Shown piece by piece: positions 1 through 9,269 of a DNA stretch of 64,000 nucleotides (the stretch's first letter is position 1; each line of letters begins with the position of its first letter). The notes beneath the pieces are model-generated. The model was not told the origin of the DNA and made no database searches. It saw nothing but the letters and a program-made list of their open reading frames with translations. The translations under genes and the position numbers were made by a program. Source of the stretch: Nitrospira sp. (GTDB lineage Bacteria > Nitrospirota > Nitrospiria > Nitrospirales > Nitrospiraceae); assembly GCA_047150005.1 (NCBI GenBank), contig AP038806.1:1-64000 (forward strand). Direction: 5' to 3'.

Positions 1-94
1 CGTACACCGGTCTTCCAAGGAGAGCTGCGCATAGTGTCGTCCCATTGCAACACCTTACCCCACAGGTGTTGCACTTCGTTTGTGAATCTAGGGC
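1..94 (-). mobile_element. Left end of an IS30-family element; transposase start at 45 runs off the window
   Basis: Minus strand reads GCCCTAGATTCACAAACGAAGTGCAACACC (IS30-type terminus), then ATG at 45 giving MGRHYAQLSLEDRCT, like IS30 transposase N-termini. Confidence 0.7.
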
Positions 95-133
95 ATCCAT
101 TCCTCGATCACGACTCAATGCTGAGGAGAAGGT

Positions 134-204
134 CTTGACTGGATTCCCGCTTCCGCGGGAAGGACACACGTCAGTGCTTCTGATGGCAAACTGATCCACT
201 ACCC
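134..204 (+). repeat. 71-bp dispersed repeat with ATTCCCGC..GCGGGAA hairpin, copy 1
   Basis: Aligns ungapped to 58790-58860 with 8 mismatches. Confidence 0.85.
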
Positions 205-279
205 TCCCCTTTTTCGATAGGCCCCGGTATAATGCGCCGCGCCAAAGAAAGAAGGTTGAGGCAGAGGAAACCAGCTCGC

Positions 280-735
280 ATGGCGGGATTCACAGCGAAA
301 TCGATCGGCATGGCGGGCAGCATCATCGGACTGGCCGCCATCGCAGCGTGGCTCGGCCTGGCCCATAGCTGCGATCCTGATACCGGCGAACCGGTGATTG
401 CCGGTCAGGTCCGGATCACGCCGGCGCTCGCCGGCCAAGTACGTCCGACCGACGTGCTGTTCGTGATCGTGCGACGTCCCGGCTCCTCGCCCAGGCCGGT
501 CGCGGCGAAACGGATCGACCAACCGGTGTTTCCCGTCTCGTTCGAGATCACCAACGCCGACGTCATGGTCCAAGGCTCGGAACTGCGTGGCATGGTGGAC
601 GTCGTCGCCAGGCTCGATCGAGACGGTCAAGCCGGCCCGGCGCAACCCGGAGACATCGAAGGACGATATGCGAAGAATCCGACGTTGCCGGGCGGGCGAA
701 ATCTGGAAATCATCTTGGACTCGGTGAAGCAGTGA
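280..735 (+). CDS. Membrane-anchored protein resembling the C-terminal domain of cytochrome c biogenesis factor CcmI/CycH
   Basis: N-terminal TM segment; VLFVIVR..PVAAKRI..FPVSFEI..VVARLDRDG..QPGDIEG pattern; start may be 232 or 280. Confidence 0.6.
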   Translation: MAGFTAKSIGMAGSIIGLAAIAAWLGLAHSCDPDTGEPVIAGQVRITPALAGQVRPTDVLFVIVRRPGSSPRPVAAKRIDQPVFPVSFEITNADVMVQGSELRGMVDVVARLDRDGQAGPAQPGDIEGRYAKNPTLPGGRNLEIILDSVKQ

Positions 736-754
736 GGAACGTCTCTGAGCGAAA

Positions 755-868
755 GCGCGCTGAGACGCTGGAAGATCACAATGAGTGAGGGCGCGAGGCG
801 TATGTAGTTGGATACGTCGAGTGTCCGAACGACGTGAGAACGCAGCGGGGGAGCTTTTTCAGCATCAC
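755..868 (+). repeat. Diverged copy of an intergenic palindromic (MITE/REP-like) repeat
   Basis: GAGGCGTA..TACGTCGAG..GAGAACG..TTTTCAGCATC core shared with 5735-5856. Confidence 0.55.
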
Positions 869-870
869 GG

Positions 871-1416
871 CTAGGGACCGGAGGGATCGGCATCTAGCTC
901 CATATTCCAATACAGATAGTCCCGCCAACTTTCCGGCGTATTTCTGATTCCAATGGTAATCGTGACGATCGGACTCCAGCGCGGCTTCGCCGGCCGCTTC
1001 ATCAGGCGCATGCCCGCTTCATCCGGCGTGCGGCCGCTCTTGCGGTTGTTGCAGCGCCAGCAGGCGGTGACGATGTTCTCCCAGGTCTTTCGGCCCCCCT
1101 TGGCGATCGGCACGACATGATCGAAGGTGAGTTCTTCCGTCCGATATTTCGTCCGGCAATATTGGCAGGTATAGCCGTCTCTGGTAAAGATGTTGATGCG
1201 TGAAAACTTGACCGCCCGATGACTGTCCTTCAGACGAACCAGCTTGAGCAGCCGCATGACCGACGGCAACTTGAAGGAGATCGACACTCCATGGATCTCG
1301 CGATCGTACACCTCCAGCACTTCGACTTTTCCTTGCCAGAGCAACGCAATCGCTTTTTGCCAATGGACGACACGCAGGGGTTCATACGTGGAATTGAGCA
1401 GGAGGGTCATTTCCAT
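871..1416 (-). CDS. HNH endonuclease (McrA-like)
   Basis: RDGYTCQYC, TFDHVVP..GG, NIVTACWRCNNRK motifs. Confidence 0.92.
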   Translation of the reverse strand: MEMTLLLNSTYEPLRVVHWQKAIALLWQGKVEVLEVYDREIHGVSISFKLPSVMRLLKLVRLKDSHRAVKFSRINIFTRDGYTCQYCRTKYRTEELTFDHVVPIAKGGRKTWENIVTACWRCNNRKSGRTPDEAGMRLMKRPAKPRWSPIVTITIGIRNTPESWRDYLYWNMELDADPSGP

Positions 1417-1586
1417 TCGGAAACCTCATTCCCAACCGAGGCTCCATCATCGAGAGGGCCTTTCGCCGGTCTGGGTACGCTCACGTATGTCTATGCCATA
1501 AGGCAGCCGCTAAATCAAGCTACGGGCCGTTCCGGAACGCGACGTCTCCGCCGGTCGACCTGCAAGAGTCGGCGAGGGTAGGAACG

Positions 1587-1919
1587 ATGTCGGACTTCGT
1601 CACGGTCGCCACGGTCGATCAAATTCCACCGGGAGCCTCGCGCACCGTCGAGGTGCACGGCGTGCGGATCGCGCTGTTCAACGTCGACGGGGCCTACTAT
1701 GCCGTGGACAATACCTGCCCCCACGCAGGGGGACCGCTGGGCGAGGGATTCGTGAGTGGGGACGTCGTCGAATGTCCCTGGCACGGATGGGCGTTCAATC
1801 TTCGCACCGGCGAACGGTGCGGCAATCCGAACATCACCGTCGCCTGCTGTCCGGTGCAGGTGACTGACGGCGAGATTCAGGTCGCACTCCCGCCGGACTT
1901 TAATCTGCACGGAGCCTGA
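1587..1919 (+). CDS. Rieske [2Fe-2S] ferredoxin
   Basis: CPHAGGPL and CPWHGW motifs. Confidence 0.92.
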   Translation: MSDFVTVATVDQIPPGASRTVEVHGVRIALFNVDGAYYAVDNTCPHAGGPLGEGFVSGDVVECPWHGWAFNLRTGERCGNPNITVACCPVQVTDGEIQVALPPDFNLHGA

Positions 1920-1920
1920 G

Positions 1921-2382
1921 TTAGGCCGGCCCCCGCGCGCCGGGAAACTGCGGCACGGACGGTCCGGACGGGTCCACTTGATCCGGCTCTTTGGGCGTCA
2001 CCCCGTCGGCCGGGAGCGACGCGGCGTTGACTTTCTTCAACGACAGATTGGCGTGCCAGATGAACTCGCGCTCGAACCATTGCCCTCCCACCCCCTGATC
2101 GCGGAGCTGCACGCGTATTTCGTAGAGGTCGCCGTCGACCTGCTTCACGCGCCACTCGCCGAGCCTGGCATTGAGTCCCCGGTCTTTCATGGACTTCACA
2201 TGCTCGGTCATGGCCTGGAGAATGGTCGGATAGCCCAACGCGCGGTGGGTCTGCACCAAGGCCAGCGCATCGGCGCTCCGTCGGTCGATCATCGGATTGA
2301 CGACGGGAGGCTTCGTCCAGATAAAGTAGGCCGCCCCTACGAGAAGGACGACGACGGCGAGATAGTGAAGCGCTTTGACCAT
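1921..2382 (-). CDS. Hypothetical protein with N-terminal TM helix
   Basis: 153-aa ORF with hydrophobic N-terminus, fills intergenic space. Confidence 0.7.
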   Translation of the reverse strand: MVKALHYLAVVVLLVGAAYFIWTKPPVVNPMIDRRSADALALVQTHRALGYPTILQAMTEHVKSMKDRGLNARLGEWRVKQVDGDLYEIRVQLRDQGVGGQWFEREFIWHANLSLKKVNAASLPADGVTPKEPDQVDPSGPSVPQFPGARGPA

Positions 2383-2663
2383 GGAGAGAAGAACGCATCA
2401 TAGGAAGCAGGCGTTCATGAAGTCAACCGACGGACACCGTTTGGTCGTGGGTCAGTTTCCTCTTGCGTCATGCTGGCGAAAGTGGGCATCCATTCCTCAT
2501 CAGGACTCAATGCTCCACTACCCCACCGTTTCGAGTTTCGAGTTTCCAGGGTTCGTTGTCAGGCAGCTTGTACGGTCGAAACGCGATATGTTACAAGTAC
2601 CGGCCAAGCAAGACTTGTTCTTTCAATCATGCATCCGGCACAACCTGAGGCGCTGAGCAACCT

Positions 2664-3107
2664 ATGAAGTTTTTTCTCTACGGCGACAATGTCAACCCGA
2701 CCCAGCTCAAGCGACGGGCTCCGGAACATGAGTTCGTGACGCTGGCGACACTCCCCGAGCATACGATCCAGTTCGGCCGCTGGTCGTCGCAGTGGCGTTG
2801 CGGCCTGGCCAACGTGGTCCCCTCGCCGGGGGAAAAAGTCTGGGGGGCGGTCTTCGAGGTGACGGAGGAGGACATCAAGCTCCTGGACCAGTTCGAGGAC
2901 GACGTGCCGCAGGGTGCCTATCGGCACGTGCAGGTCACCGTCCACGACCAAGCGGGCGAGAAGATGCTCGTGACCACCTACGCCGCTGAATCGATCGGCA
3001 AGTTCAAGCCCAAAGACCATTACCTCGATTGGGTCATCAAGGGGCTCAAACACTGGAAGTTCCCGGAGGAATGCATCGAGCAGTGGCAGTTGTACAGGCC
3101 GAAATAA
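2664..3107 (+). CDS. Gamma-glutamylcyclotransferase (AIG2-like) family protein
   Basis: FFLYGDN start, VWGAVFEV..LDQFE..Y pattern. Confidence 0.8.
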   Translation: MKFFLYGDNVNPTQLKRRAPEHEFVTLATLPEHTIQFGRWSSQWRCGLANVVPSPGEKVWGAVFEVTEEDIKLLDQFEDDVPQGAYRHVQVTVHDQAGEKMLVTTYAAESIGKFKPKDHYLDWVIKGLKHWKFPEECIEQWQLYRPK

Positions 3108-3129
3108 CTTGGGAGCCTAAGGAGAATCC

Positions 3130-3456
3130 ATGCCGAAGCCGAAATATCATATCGTCGTCTGTACCAACGCCCGGCCCCCGGGCCATCCGAAGCCCTCCTG
3201 CGGCAGCCAGGGCTCCGCGCAGTTGCTCATGGCGTTCAATATGGGCCTGATGCAGCGGGGCATCATGCCGGGCGAAGTCCTGGTCAGCGGCTCCTCCTGC
3301 CTTGGTCCCTGCGAGCAGGGCCCGACTGTCGTCGTGTATCCGGACGGGACCTGGTATTCCAAAGTCACGGAAGCGGACGTCGCCGTCATCCTCGACGAGC
3401 ATATTAAGGGCGGGAAGCCGGCGGCGAAGCTCAATCCAGACGCCGTCTGGCAATAA
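3130..3456 (+). CDS. Thioredoxin-like [2Fe-2S] ferredoxin
   Basis: VVCTN..SC..SSCLGPCEQGPTVVVYPDGTWY; RBS AAGGAG. Confidence 0.9.
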   Translation: MPKPKYHIVVCTNARPPGHPKPSCGSQGSAQLLMAFNMGLMQRGIMPGEVLVSGSSCLGPCEQGPTVVVYPDGTWYSKVTEADVAVILDEHIKGGKPAAKLNPDAVWQ

Positions 3457-3492
3457 CGCCCGTCGAGGATTAGGCCCTCAACCTTCTCACAC

Positions 3493-4005
3493 ATGGGTAG
3501 CCATACCGCTCACGAGCACAAACACGACGCCCCTCAGTCCATCGGCTGCATGGTGATCACCTGCAGCGACACCCGCACCAGGGAAACGGACGCCAGCGGG
3601 CATCGCATCATGCACATGCTCAAGGACGCCGGTCACAACGTCGTCGACTACTACATCGTCAAGGACGAGCCAGCCAAGATCAAAGCCAAGATCAAGGACG
3701 GCGTCGCGAACAAGCGCATCCAGGCCATCATTATCAACGGAGGAACCGGCATTTCGCGCCGGGACTCGACCTTCGAAGCCGTGGACTCGATGTTGGAGAA
3801 ACGGCTGGAGGGATTCGGGGAAGTGTTCCGCTACCTGACCTACCAGGAAATCGGCTCACCGGCGATCATGAGCCGAGCCACCGCCGGTATCATCAAAGGA
3901 CGCGTGCTCTTCTCTACACCAGGATCAGAAAACGCCGTCCGCCTCGCGATGGAAAAGTTGATCCTGCCCGAGCTGGGCCACCTGGTCAGAGAACTGACAA
4001 AATGA
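3493..4005 (+). CDS. moaB: Molybdenum cofactor biosynthesis protein MoaB/Mog
   Basis: ITCSDTR, NGGTGISRRD, MSRATAG, PGS motifs. Confidence 0.88.
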   Translation: MGSHTAHEHKHDAPQSIGCMVITCSDTRTRETDASGHRIMHMLKDAGHNVVDYYIVKDEPAKIKAKIKDGVANKRIQAIIINGGTGISRRDSTFEAVDSMLEKRLEGFGEVFRYLTYQEIGSPAIMSRATAGIIKGRVLFSTPGSENAVRLAMEKLILPELGHLVRELTK

Positions 4006-4089
4006 GGTGTACTGGGCTAGAGGTGTAAAGGGGTACGGTAGTGTGATGCCGTTACCTCGTTACCCCCCTTGTACCCCCTTTACCCCCTC

Positions 4090-4524
4090 TCAGTCTTGGC
4101 CGATTTTCGGTTCCGAGTACCCCTCCATCTGCGGGATCTTCGACTGCGCGTAGCGCTTGTAGTGCATCAGCAGGTCACGCACCGAGACGATGCCGACGAT
4201 GTTCCCATTCTGCGTCACCCCGAGATGGCGCACGCCGAGATCCCCCATCATGTCCTGCGCGTCGTCCACCGATTGACTGCCTTCTAGGGTACACACCGGG
4301 GAGGTCATGATTTTTTCGACGGTCAACTTGCCCAGCGGCTTGCCGCTGGAGACCGCGCGCCGGACGACGTCGGTATCCGTCACGATGCCGACGAACTGTT
4401 TACCCTTTTTCACCAGAAGGGCTCCGATGCGGGCCGACTTCATCGTCTTGGCCGCGCTGACGACCGAGGCCGTCGGACCGACGGTCTTGACCGGCTTTTT
4501 CATGATCTGCGCCACTGTAGCCAT
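4090..4524 (-). CDS. CBS-domain pair protein
   Basis: MATVAQIMKK..GIVTDTD..GIVSVRDL; start reset to ATG at 4524 with GGAGGAG RBS. Confidence 0.85.
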   Translation of the reverse strand: MATVAQIMKKPVKTVGPTASVVSAAKTMKSARIGALLVKKGKQFVGIVTDTDVVRRAVSSGKPLGKLTVEKIMTSPVCTLEGSQSVDDAQDMMGDLGVRHLGVTQNGNIVGIVSVRDLLMHYKRYAQSKIPQMEGYSEPKIGQD

Positions 4525-4591
4525 TCTTCTCCTCCCAATTAATGAATAGGAACCGCCCCTGTCCAATTTCGGCTGTTGACGATGGTCATGT

Positions 4592-5635
4592 TCAGCAGCT
4601 GAGCACGATCTTACCAAAAACCTTACGCGACAGCAGCTGTTCCTGTGCGGCCCTCGCCTCCCTGAGCGGATAGGTCCGGTCGATGACCGGCTTGAGCTTC
4701 CCCTGACCCACAAGTTCGGCAGCCTTGACCAGCTCGGCCCTGGTACCCATGTAGGAGCCCTTGATCGTGAACTGCCGGCTGTAGATGTACCGCAGATCCA
4801 GTTTGACCTCCGCCCCGGTCGTGGCTCCGCATGTGATCAAGCGGCCTCCCCTGGCCAACGAGGCGAGGCACTGCTGCCACACCTCCGGTCCGATATGCTC
4901 GATGACCACGTCGACGCCGCGGCCCTCCGTGAGCAGCTTTACCCGCTCGGCCACCTTCTCGCGGCTATGGTCGATCACCGCATGAGCCCCGAGCAGAACC
5001 GCTTTCGGAATCTTGTCTTCTGATCCGACCGTCGTGATGACCCGGGCGCCGGCCAAGTGGGCCATCTGGACGGCGATACTTCCCACGCCGCTCCCTGCCC
5101 CCATGATCAGGACCGTCTCGCCAGGCTGAAGCTGCGCCAGCGCAAACAGCATGTGCCAGGCTGTAACCGAGACGAGCGGAAAGGCCGCCGCCTGTTCAAA
5201 CGTGAGGTTGCCTGGGATCGGCAGCACATTGCGAAACGGCACCTTCACATATTCGGCATAGCCGCCGTGCACCATCGCGCCGATCAGCGCGTAGGACCGG
5301 CAGGAGTTGTCACGCCCGGCCAGACATTCGTTGCACCGCCAGCAGCTGATCCCCGGCAAGACAAACACCCGGTCTCCAACCTTGATGCTGTCGGCCCGAA
5401 CCCCGTCCACATGGCCGCCGGCCGCTTCCACCTCGCCGGCGATGTCCGAGCCGGAGACATGCGGAAGCGGCATGGGATAGGCCGGGCTCCCCTGCCTGAT
5501 CCAAATGTCCAGATGGTTCAGGGCACAGGCCCGGACCCGGATCAAGACCTCCTCAGGCCCGATCTGGGGCTGGGGAATGTCCTCGTAGCTCAACTTCTCC
5601 GGCCCGCCGTGCTCTCGAAAAATAACCGCCTTCAT
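4592..5635 (-). CDS. Zinc-binding alcohol dehydrogenase/quinone oxidoreductase (MDR family)
   Basis: CWRCNEC..C zinc site, GAGSGVG NAD(P) motif, FGKIVL end. Confidence 0.9.
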   Translation of the reverse strand: MKAVIFREHGGPEKLSYEDIPQPQIGPEEVLIRVRACALNHLDIWIRQGSPAYPMPLPHVSGSDIAGEVEAAGGHVDGVRADSIKVGDRVFVLPGISCWRCNECLAGRDNSCRSYALIGAMVHGGYAEYVKVPFRNVLPIPGNLTFEQAAAFPLVSVTAWHMLFALAQLQPGETVLIMGAGSGVGSIAVQMAHLAGARVITTVGSEDKIPKAVLLGAHAVIDHSREKVAERVKLLTEGRGVDVVIEHIGPEVWQQCLASLARGGRLITCGATTGAEVKLDLRYIYSRQFTIKGSYMGTRAELVKAAELVGQGKLKPVIDRTYPLREARAAQEQLLSRKVFGKIVLSC

Positions 5636-5734
5636 AAAAGTCCTGTGTGCTGAGTTCCAAGTGCTGAGTTTCCGAAACTATCTTGCGTGACTCCATAAGG
5701 GTGGCTCGTTCGCCTCAAGCCTGCGCGTTCCGGT

Positions 5735-5856
5735 AGGATGATCAAAACGCCATGTAACGAGGCCGCAGGGAGCGAAACCCCGAGGCGTACGCGGCGAGGG
5801 TACGTTGAGGGGTTGCAGCGCCCGAGAACGACGTTAGATGGCGTTTTCATCATCCT
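5735..5856. repeat. Intergenic MITE/REP-like element with 19-bp terminal inverted repeats
   Basis: AGGATGATCAAAACGCCAT ... ATGGCGTTTTCATCATCCT (1 mismatch). Confidence 0.8.
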
Positions 5857-5857
5857 G

Positions 5858-6802
5858 CTAGAAGTTCAACGTCCCCTCCACCACCATCACACACTGCCCC
5901 CCCACCTTCACCGTCTGAATCACATCATCGTCCGATTCCACCTGCACCAGAATCCGCGAGGGCCGTTCGATCTCATAACCCTGCTCGATCGTGATCTCGG
6001 TCATGGGGCCGACATCGACCACACCATGGTGCACCAAATAGGAGCCCAGCGCCCCGGCGGCGCTCCCCGTCGCCGGATCTTCCATAATGCCGATGGACGG
6101 CGCAAACATCCGCGCATGGACCGTGGCGAACGATTCGACCGTGATTGTCGTGAACACCATCAGGCCGTTGGCGCCGAACTGCCGGCACAGCTCGATGATG
6201 GCCGACGAATCCGGCTCGATCGACCGCACCGCCGTCAGAGTCCGAACCGGCACGATCAGCACCGGCAGACCGGTCGAGACGATTTCCAGCGGCCATTTTG
6301 CATCGGTGATCGCATGCTTAGCGATGCCGAGCGCATTGGCGACCTTATAGAGGTCTTCGGTGTCGTCCACGGTCTCCAGAAACTGGGGGGCCGGCTGCGT
6401 CATGACGACGCGGAGCACGCGGCCTGCGCGCACATGTAGATCGACAGGGAAGAGTCCGATGTTGCACTCCTGCACGACGCGCGTGACGGGCTCGGTGGCG
6501 GCGATCAGTCCGAGAGTCGTCAGCACGAACATGGTGCCTACGACCGGATGGCCGGCGAAGGGAATCTCTTGCGTCGGGGTGAAGATGCGGAGCCGCACGA
6601 CTGCGGCGGGATCGAGAGGCGGAAAGACGAACACGGTTTCGGACAGGTTCATCTCTCGCGCGATTTGCTGCAACTCGTCGTCCGACAGTCCCTTCGCGTC
6701 GGGAAAGACCGCGACCGGGTTGCCGCCGAAGGGTTGCGTCGTGAACACATCGGCCTGGTAAAACTTCAGCGAGCGACGCTCGGACTCCATGATGTGCGGC
6801 AC
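5858..6802 (-). CDS. PhzF-family isomerase/epimerase
   Basis: DVFT..FGGNP, EMNLSETVF, RIFTP..EIPFAGHP, EDPATGSA. Confidence 0.92.
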   Translation of the reverse strand: MPHIMESERRSLKFYQADVFTTQPFGGNPVAVFPDAKGLSDDELQQIAREMNLSETVFVFPPLDPAAVVRLRIFTPTQEIPFAGHPVVGTMFVLTTLGLIAATEPVTRVVQECNIGLFPVDLHVRAGRVLRVVMTQPAPQFLETVDDTEDLYKVANALGIAKHAITDAKWPLEIVSTGLPVLIVPVRTLTAVRSIEPDSSAIIELCRQFGANGLMVFTTITVESFATVHARMFAPSIGIMEDPATGSAAGALGSYLVHHGVVDVGPMTEITIEQGYEIERPSRILVQVESDDDVIQTVKVGGQCVMVVEGTLNF

Positions 6803-6981
6803 TGTAGGTCAGAGGCGATAGGCCTGTCAAACGTCCGCACGGCACATGAGGATTGCGCCCATTAGCGACCGCAGATAGGTCACAGCCTTGTACCTACGGT
6901 ATTTTCTGTGGTTGACTTGAGTATCCCGCGTACCTATCCTTCCCGGCTTATATCCTCAACAACGCGCCTGCGGGGACCCGT

Positions 6982-7644
6982 ATGGCCCGCCAACTCGAAT
7001 TGAGCGTTCGGCCTGTCTTCTCGACACCACTACTGGTGTTCTCAGTCCCCGACTGTGCCTGCATCAACGATCAACTCAAGCAAGCCGTCCTCGAGCACGA
7101 ATCTTCTCAGCTCGCCTATCGGGACCGTGAAGTCATCGGCTGGTCCTCGCCTCACGACATGTCCATGATGGAATGGGCCGGCGAACCCCTCAAACAGATC
7201 TTCGAGGCCGTCACGCAGGTCGCCGAGTTGGCCACGGAATTCTCGGCCCGCACGGGGAAGAACGCGCAACATCCCCACTGGCAGGTCGTGGAGATCTGGT
7301 CGAACGTGCAGCGCAACGGCGGTACCAATGGCTACCATGCCCACCCCGGATCCTTCTGGTCCGGCGTCTATTATGTGGACGTGGGAGATATCGCCGACCA
7401 ACAGGACAAGGGGGGCGAGTTGCAGCTATACGATCCCCGTGGCTGCCTGCCGCGCATGCTGGCGCCCTACCTGCGCTACTCGCTGGACGAGTTGCACGAC
7501 GCCGGCAATACCATCTCGTTCACGCCTTCAGCCGGACAATGCGTCATGTTTCCCGGCTGGCAGCACCATGCCGTCGCGCCCTACAAGGGCACCAAACCCC
7601 GCATCAGCATCGCGTTTAATTTGGATCCGATACTTAACAAATAA
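6982..7644 (+). CDS. TIGR02466-like 2OG-Fe(II) oxygenase
   Basis: HAHPGSFWSGVYY, LYDPR, FPGWQHHAV..RISIAFN. Confidence 0.85.
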   Translation: MARQLELSVRPVFSTPLLVFSVPDCACINDQLKQAVLEHESSQLAYRDREVIGWSSPHDMSMMEWAGEPLKQIFEAVTQVAELATEFSARTGKNAQHPHWQVVEIWSNVQRNGGTNGYHAHPGSFWSGVYYVDVGDIADQQDKGGELQLYDPRGCLPRMLAPYLRYSLDELHDAGNTISFTPSAGQCVMFPGWQHHAVAPYKGTKPRISIAFNLDPILNK

Positions 7645-7724
7645 GCACCAAATCTCAAGCTACAAATCCCAAAAAGGAAATTCGAATTTCGGATTTGGAA
7701 CTTGGGATTTGTTGCTTTGTGCTT
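7643..7724. repeat. Imperfect palindrome of 7-bp units between convergent genes (possible bidirectional terminator)
   Basis: AAGCAC-CAAATCT-CAAGCTA-CAAATCC-CAAAAAG-GAAATTCGAATTTC-GGATTTG-GAACTTG-GGATTTG-TTGCTTT-GTGCTT. Confidence 0.65.
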
Positions 7725-7735
7725 CTTACCAAGAG

Positions 7736-8974
7736 TTAGGCAGTAACAGGGTAGGCTTCGTAGGACTGCACGAGCGGATTGGAAACATAGTCTTCCACGT
7801 AGTTCTTCACCAGGCAGTTTCGCCACAGAAGCCGGTTGGCGAACCTCGTGTCGATCTTGTGTAGTACCGTCACCTTGACGCCGGTTTTCCTCGTGAACTG
7901 TTCCGGACTGACGCCGCCGATGTCCGTATAGAGGCCCCGGCCGGACTGCATCATGCACTTCGGCACGTGGATGCGCTTCTGCGTCGTCACACGCCTGGCG
8001 ATATCGTCGAACGTCAGCAGGACGGAGCAATCCGAATCTCCTCCCAAGGTCGCGTTCGGCACCATCAGGAACCTCGCCCGGTTCTTCCGGTACATGTTCA
8101 GGACCTTGTAGACACTCTTCGCCATCACGACCGTGTCCTTCTTTTCCAATTCAAGCGAATCGAACGCGCTCACGATCCGCTTGCGGTTCATGAAGGCCGT
8201 AATCGGCGCTTCGGTTTGGATGGTCTGGACATTGGGCAATCCCAAGTCGTAAAGGCGCCGGGCTTCATCGGGCAGATACTTCCGGCCCTGCCGCATTAAG
8301 TCCGCCGTCGGCTCCTTGATGCCTTTCACCGGCGTGAGACAGCCCATCCAGAGCACGCATTTCTGATTCACCGCCGAGATCATCTCGGCATCCTTCGACA
8401 TCGTATGGGCGTCGAACGAATAGAAATTCGCCGACGAAACAGCTGGGCCGTCCAAGACCTTCATCAGGTGTTTGACCGAGGGCGCATGGGGCATGAGCCG
8501 CTGTCGGTAGTCGCCGAGCGTGATGACCGACAGCTCGAAGTTGATGCGCCCCGGATACTTGGCGGCCAACTGATGGATCTTCGGCACATGCACGTACCCG
8601 ACGGTGAAGAAGGTGATGTTCTTGTCCGTGGAGGTGAGAAAGTCCTCGACCCATTCCATCGCCTTAGGATGGAGGAACAGATCCGTCCACTCCATGTACT
8701 CGTTGCCGCCAAGACACCAGAATTGCATCGGGTCCGTCGGCTTCTTGTTGAGGTAGTCGAGGATGAACTTCCAGTCCTCATCGGTCGTCTTCGGCGGATC
8801 GAGCGTCTCGCGATAGGAATGGTCGATCTCATAGCAGAACTCGCACTTCACCGGGCAGGTCTTGCCGAGGCTGATGGGGATCTTGCCCCCCTCCAGCTCA
8901 CGGATCAACACTTCGCGGTAGTCGTTAGTCTTGAAGATGGGCGGCGCTTTGAGGATGGGAAGCTGGGTCGGCAT
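7736..8974 (-). CDS. Radical SAM protein with DUF512-like C-terminal domain
   Basis: CPVKCEFC (CxxxCxxC); C-terminal VPNATLGG..LLTFDDI..VP..M pattern resembles DUF512. Confidence 0.7.
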   Translation of the reverse strand: MPTQLPILKAPPIFKTNDYREVLIRELEGGKIPISLGKTCPVKCEFCYEIDHSYRETLDPPKTTDEDWKFILDYLNKKPTDPMQFWCLGGNEYMEWTDLFLHPKAMEWVEDFLTSTDKNITFFTVGYVHVPKIHQLAAKYPGRINFELSVITLGDYRQRLMPHAPSVKHLMKVLDGPAVSSANFYSFDAHTMSKDAEMISAVNQKCVLWMGCLTPVKGIKEPTADLMRQGRKYLPDEARRLYDLGLPNVQTIQTEAPITAFMNRKRIVSAFDSLELEKKDTVVMAKSVYKVLNMYRKNRARFLMVPNATLGGDSDCSVLLTFDDIARRVTTQKRIHVPKCMMQSGRGLYTDIGGVSPEQFTRKTGVKVTVLHKIDTRFANRLLWRNCLVKNYVEDYVSNPLVQSYEAYPVTA

Positions 8975-9008
8975 TGATTCCCTGTTAAGAACTCGTCACA
9001 CTGCACGC

Positions 9009-9269
9009 ATGAACGAAGAGGCGATCTATAAGGAAGTGACCCACGCGCTGGAGATCCTGGGCCTCACGCTTCCGACGACCAAGGAAGATCTCGAACGGGC
9101 CAGGCGCGTGCAGCTTCATATCTGGAACCCGGCCCGCTATGCCAATCTGACGAACAATCCCAAACAGTACATGAAGAACTACCAGCGAGCCGAAGAGATG
9201 ACCAAGAAGATCGAAGCGGCCTACAGTCTTCTCAGCGCCGTCTTGGTTCCGGATGACGAATCGAGTTAG
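9009..9269 (+). CDS. Small J-domain-like protein (WNP in place of HPD)
   Basis: ALEILGL..EDLERARR..WNP..AEEMTKKIEAAYSLL. Confidence 0.65.
   Translation: MNEEAIYKEVTHALEILGLTLPTTKEDLERARRVQLHIWNPARYANLTNNPKQYMKNYQRAEEMTKKIEAAYSLLSAVLVPDDESS

Noticed and set aside
5632..5853. 73-aa ORF as a RiPP precursor
   Set aside because: It is a translation of the palindromic repeat element.
5858..6802. Phenazine biosynthesis cluster
   Set aside because: Only a lone PhzF-family gene; no phzA/B/D/E/G nearby.
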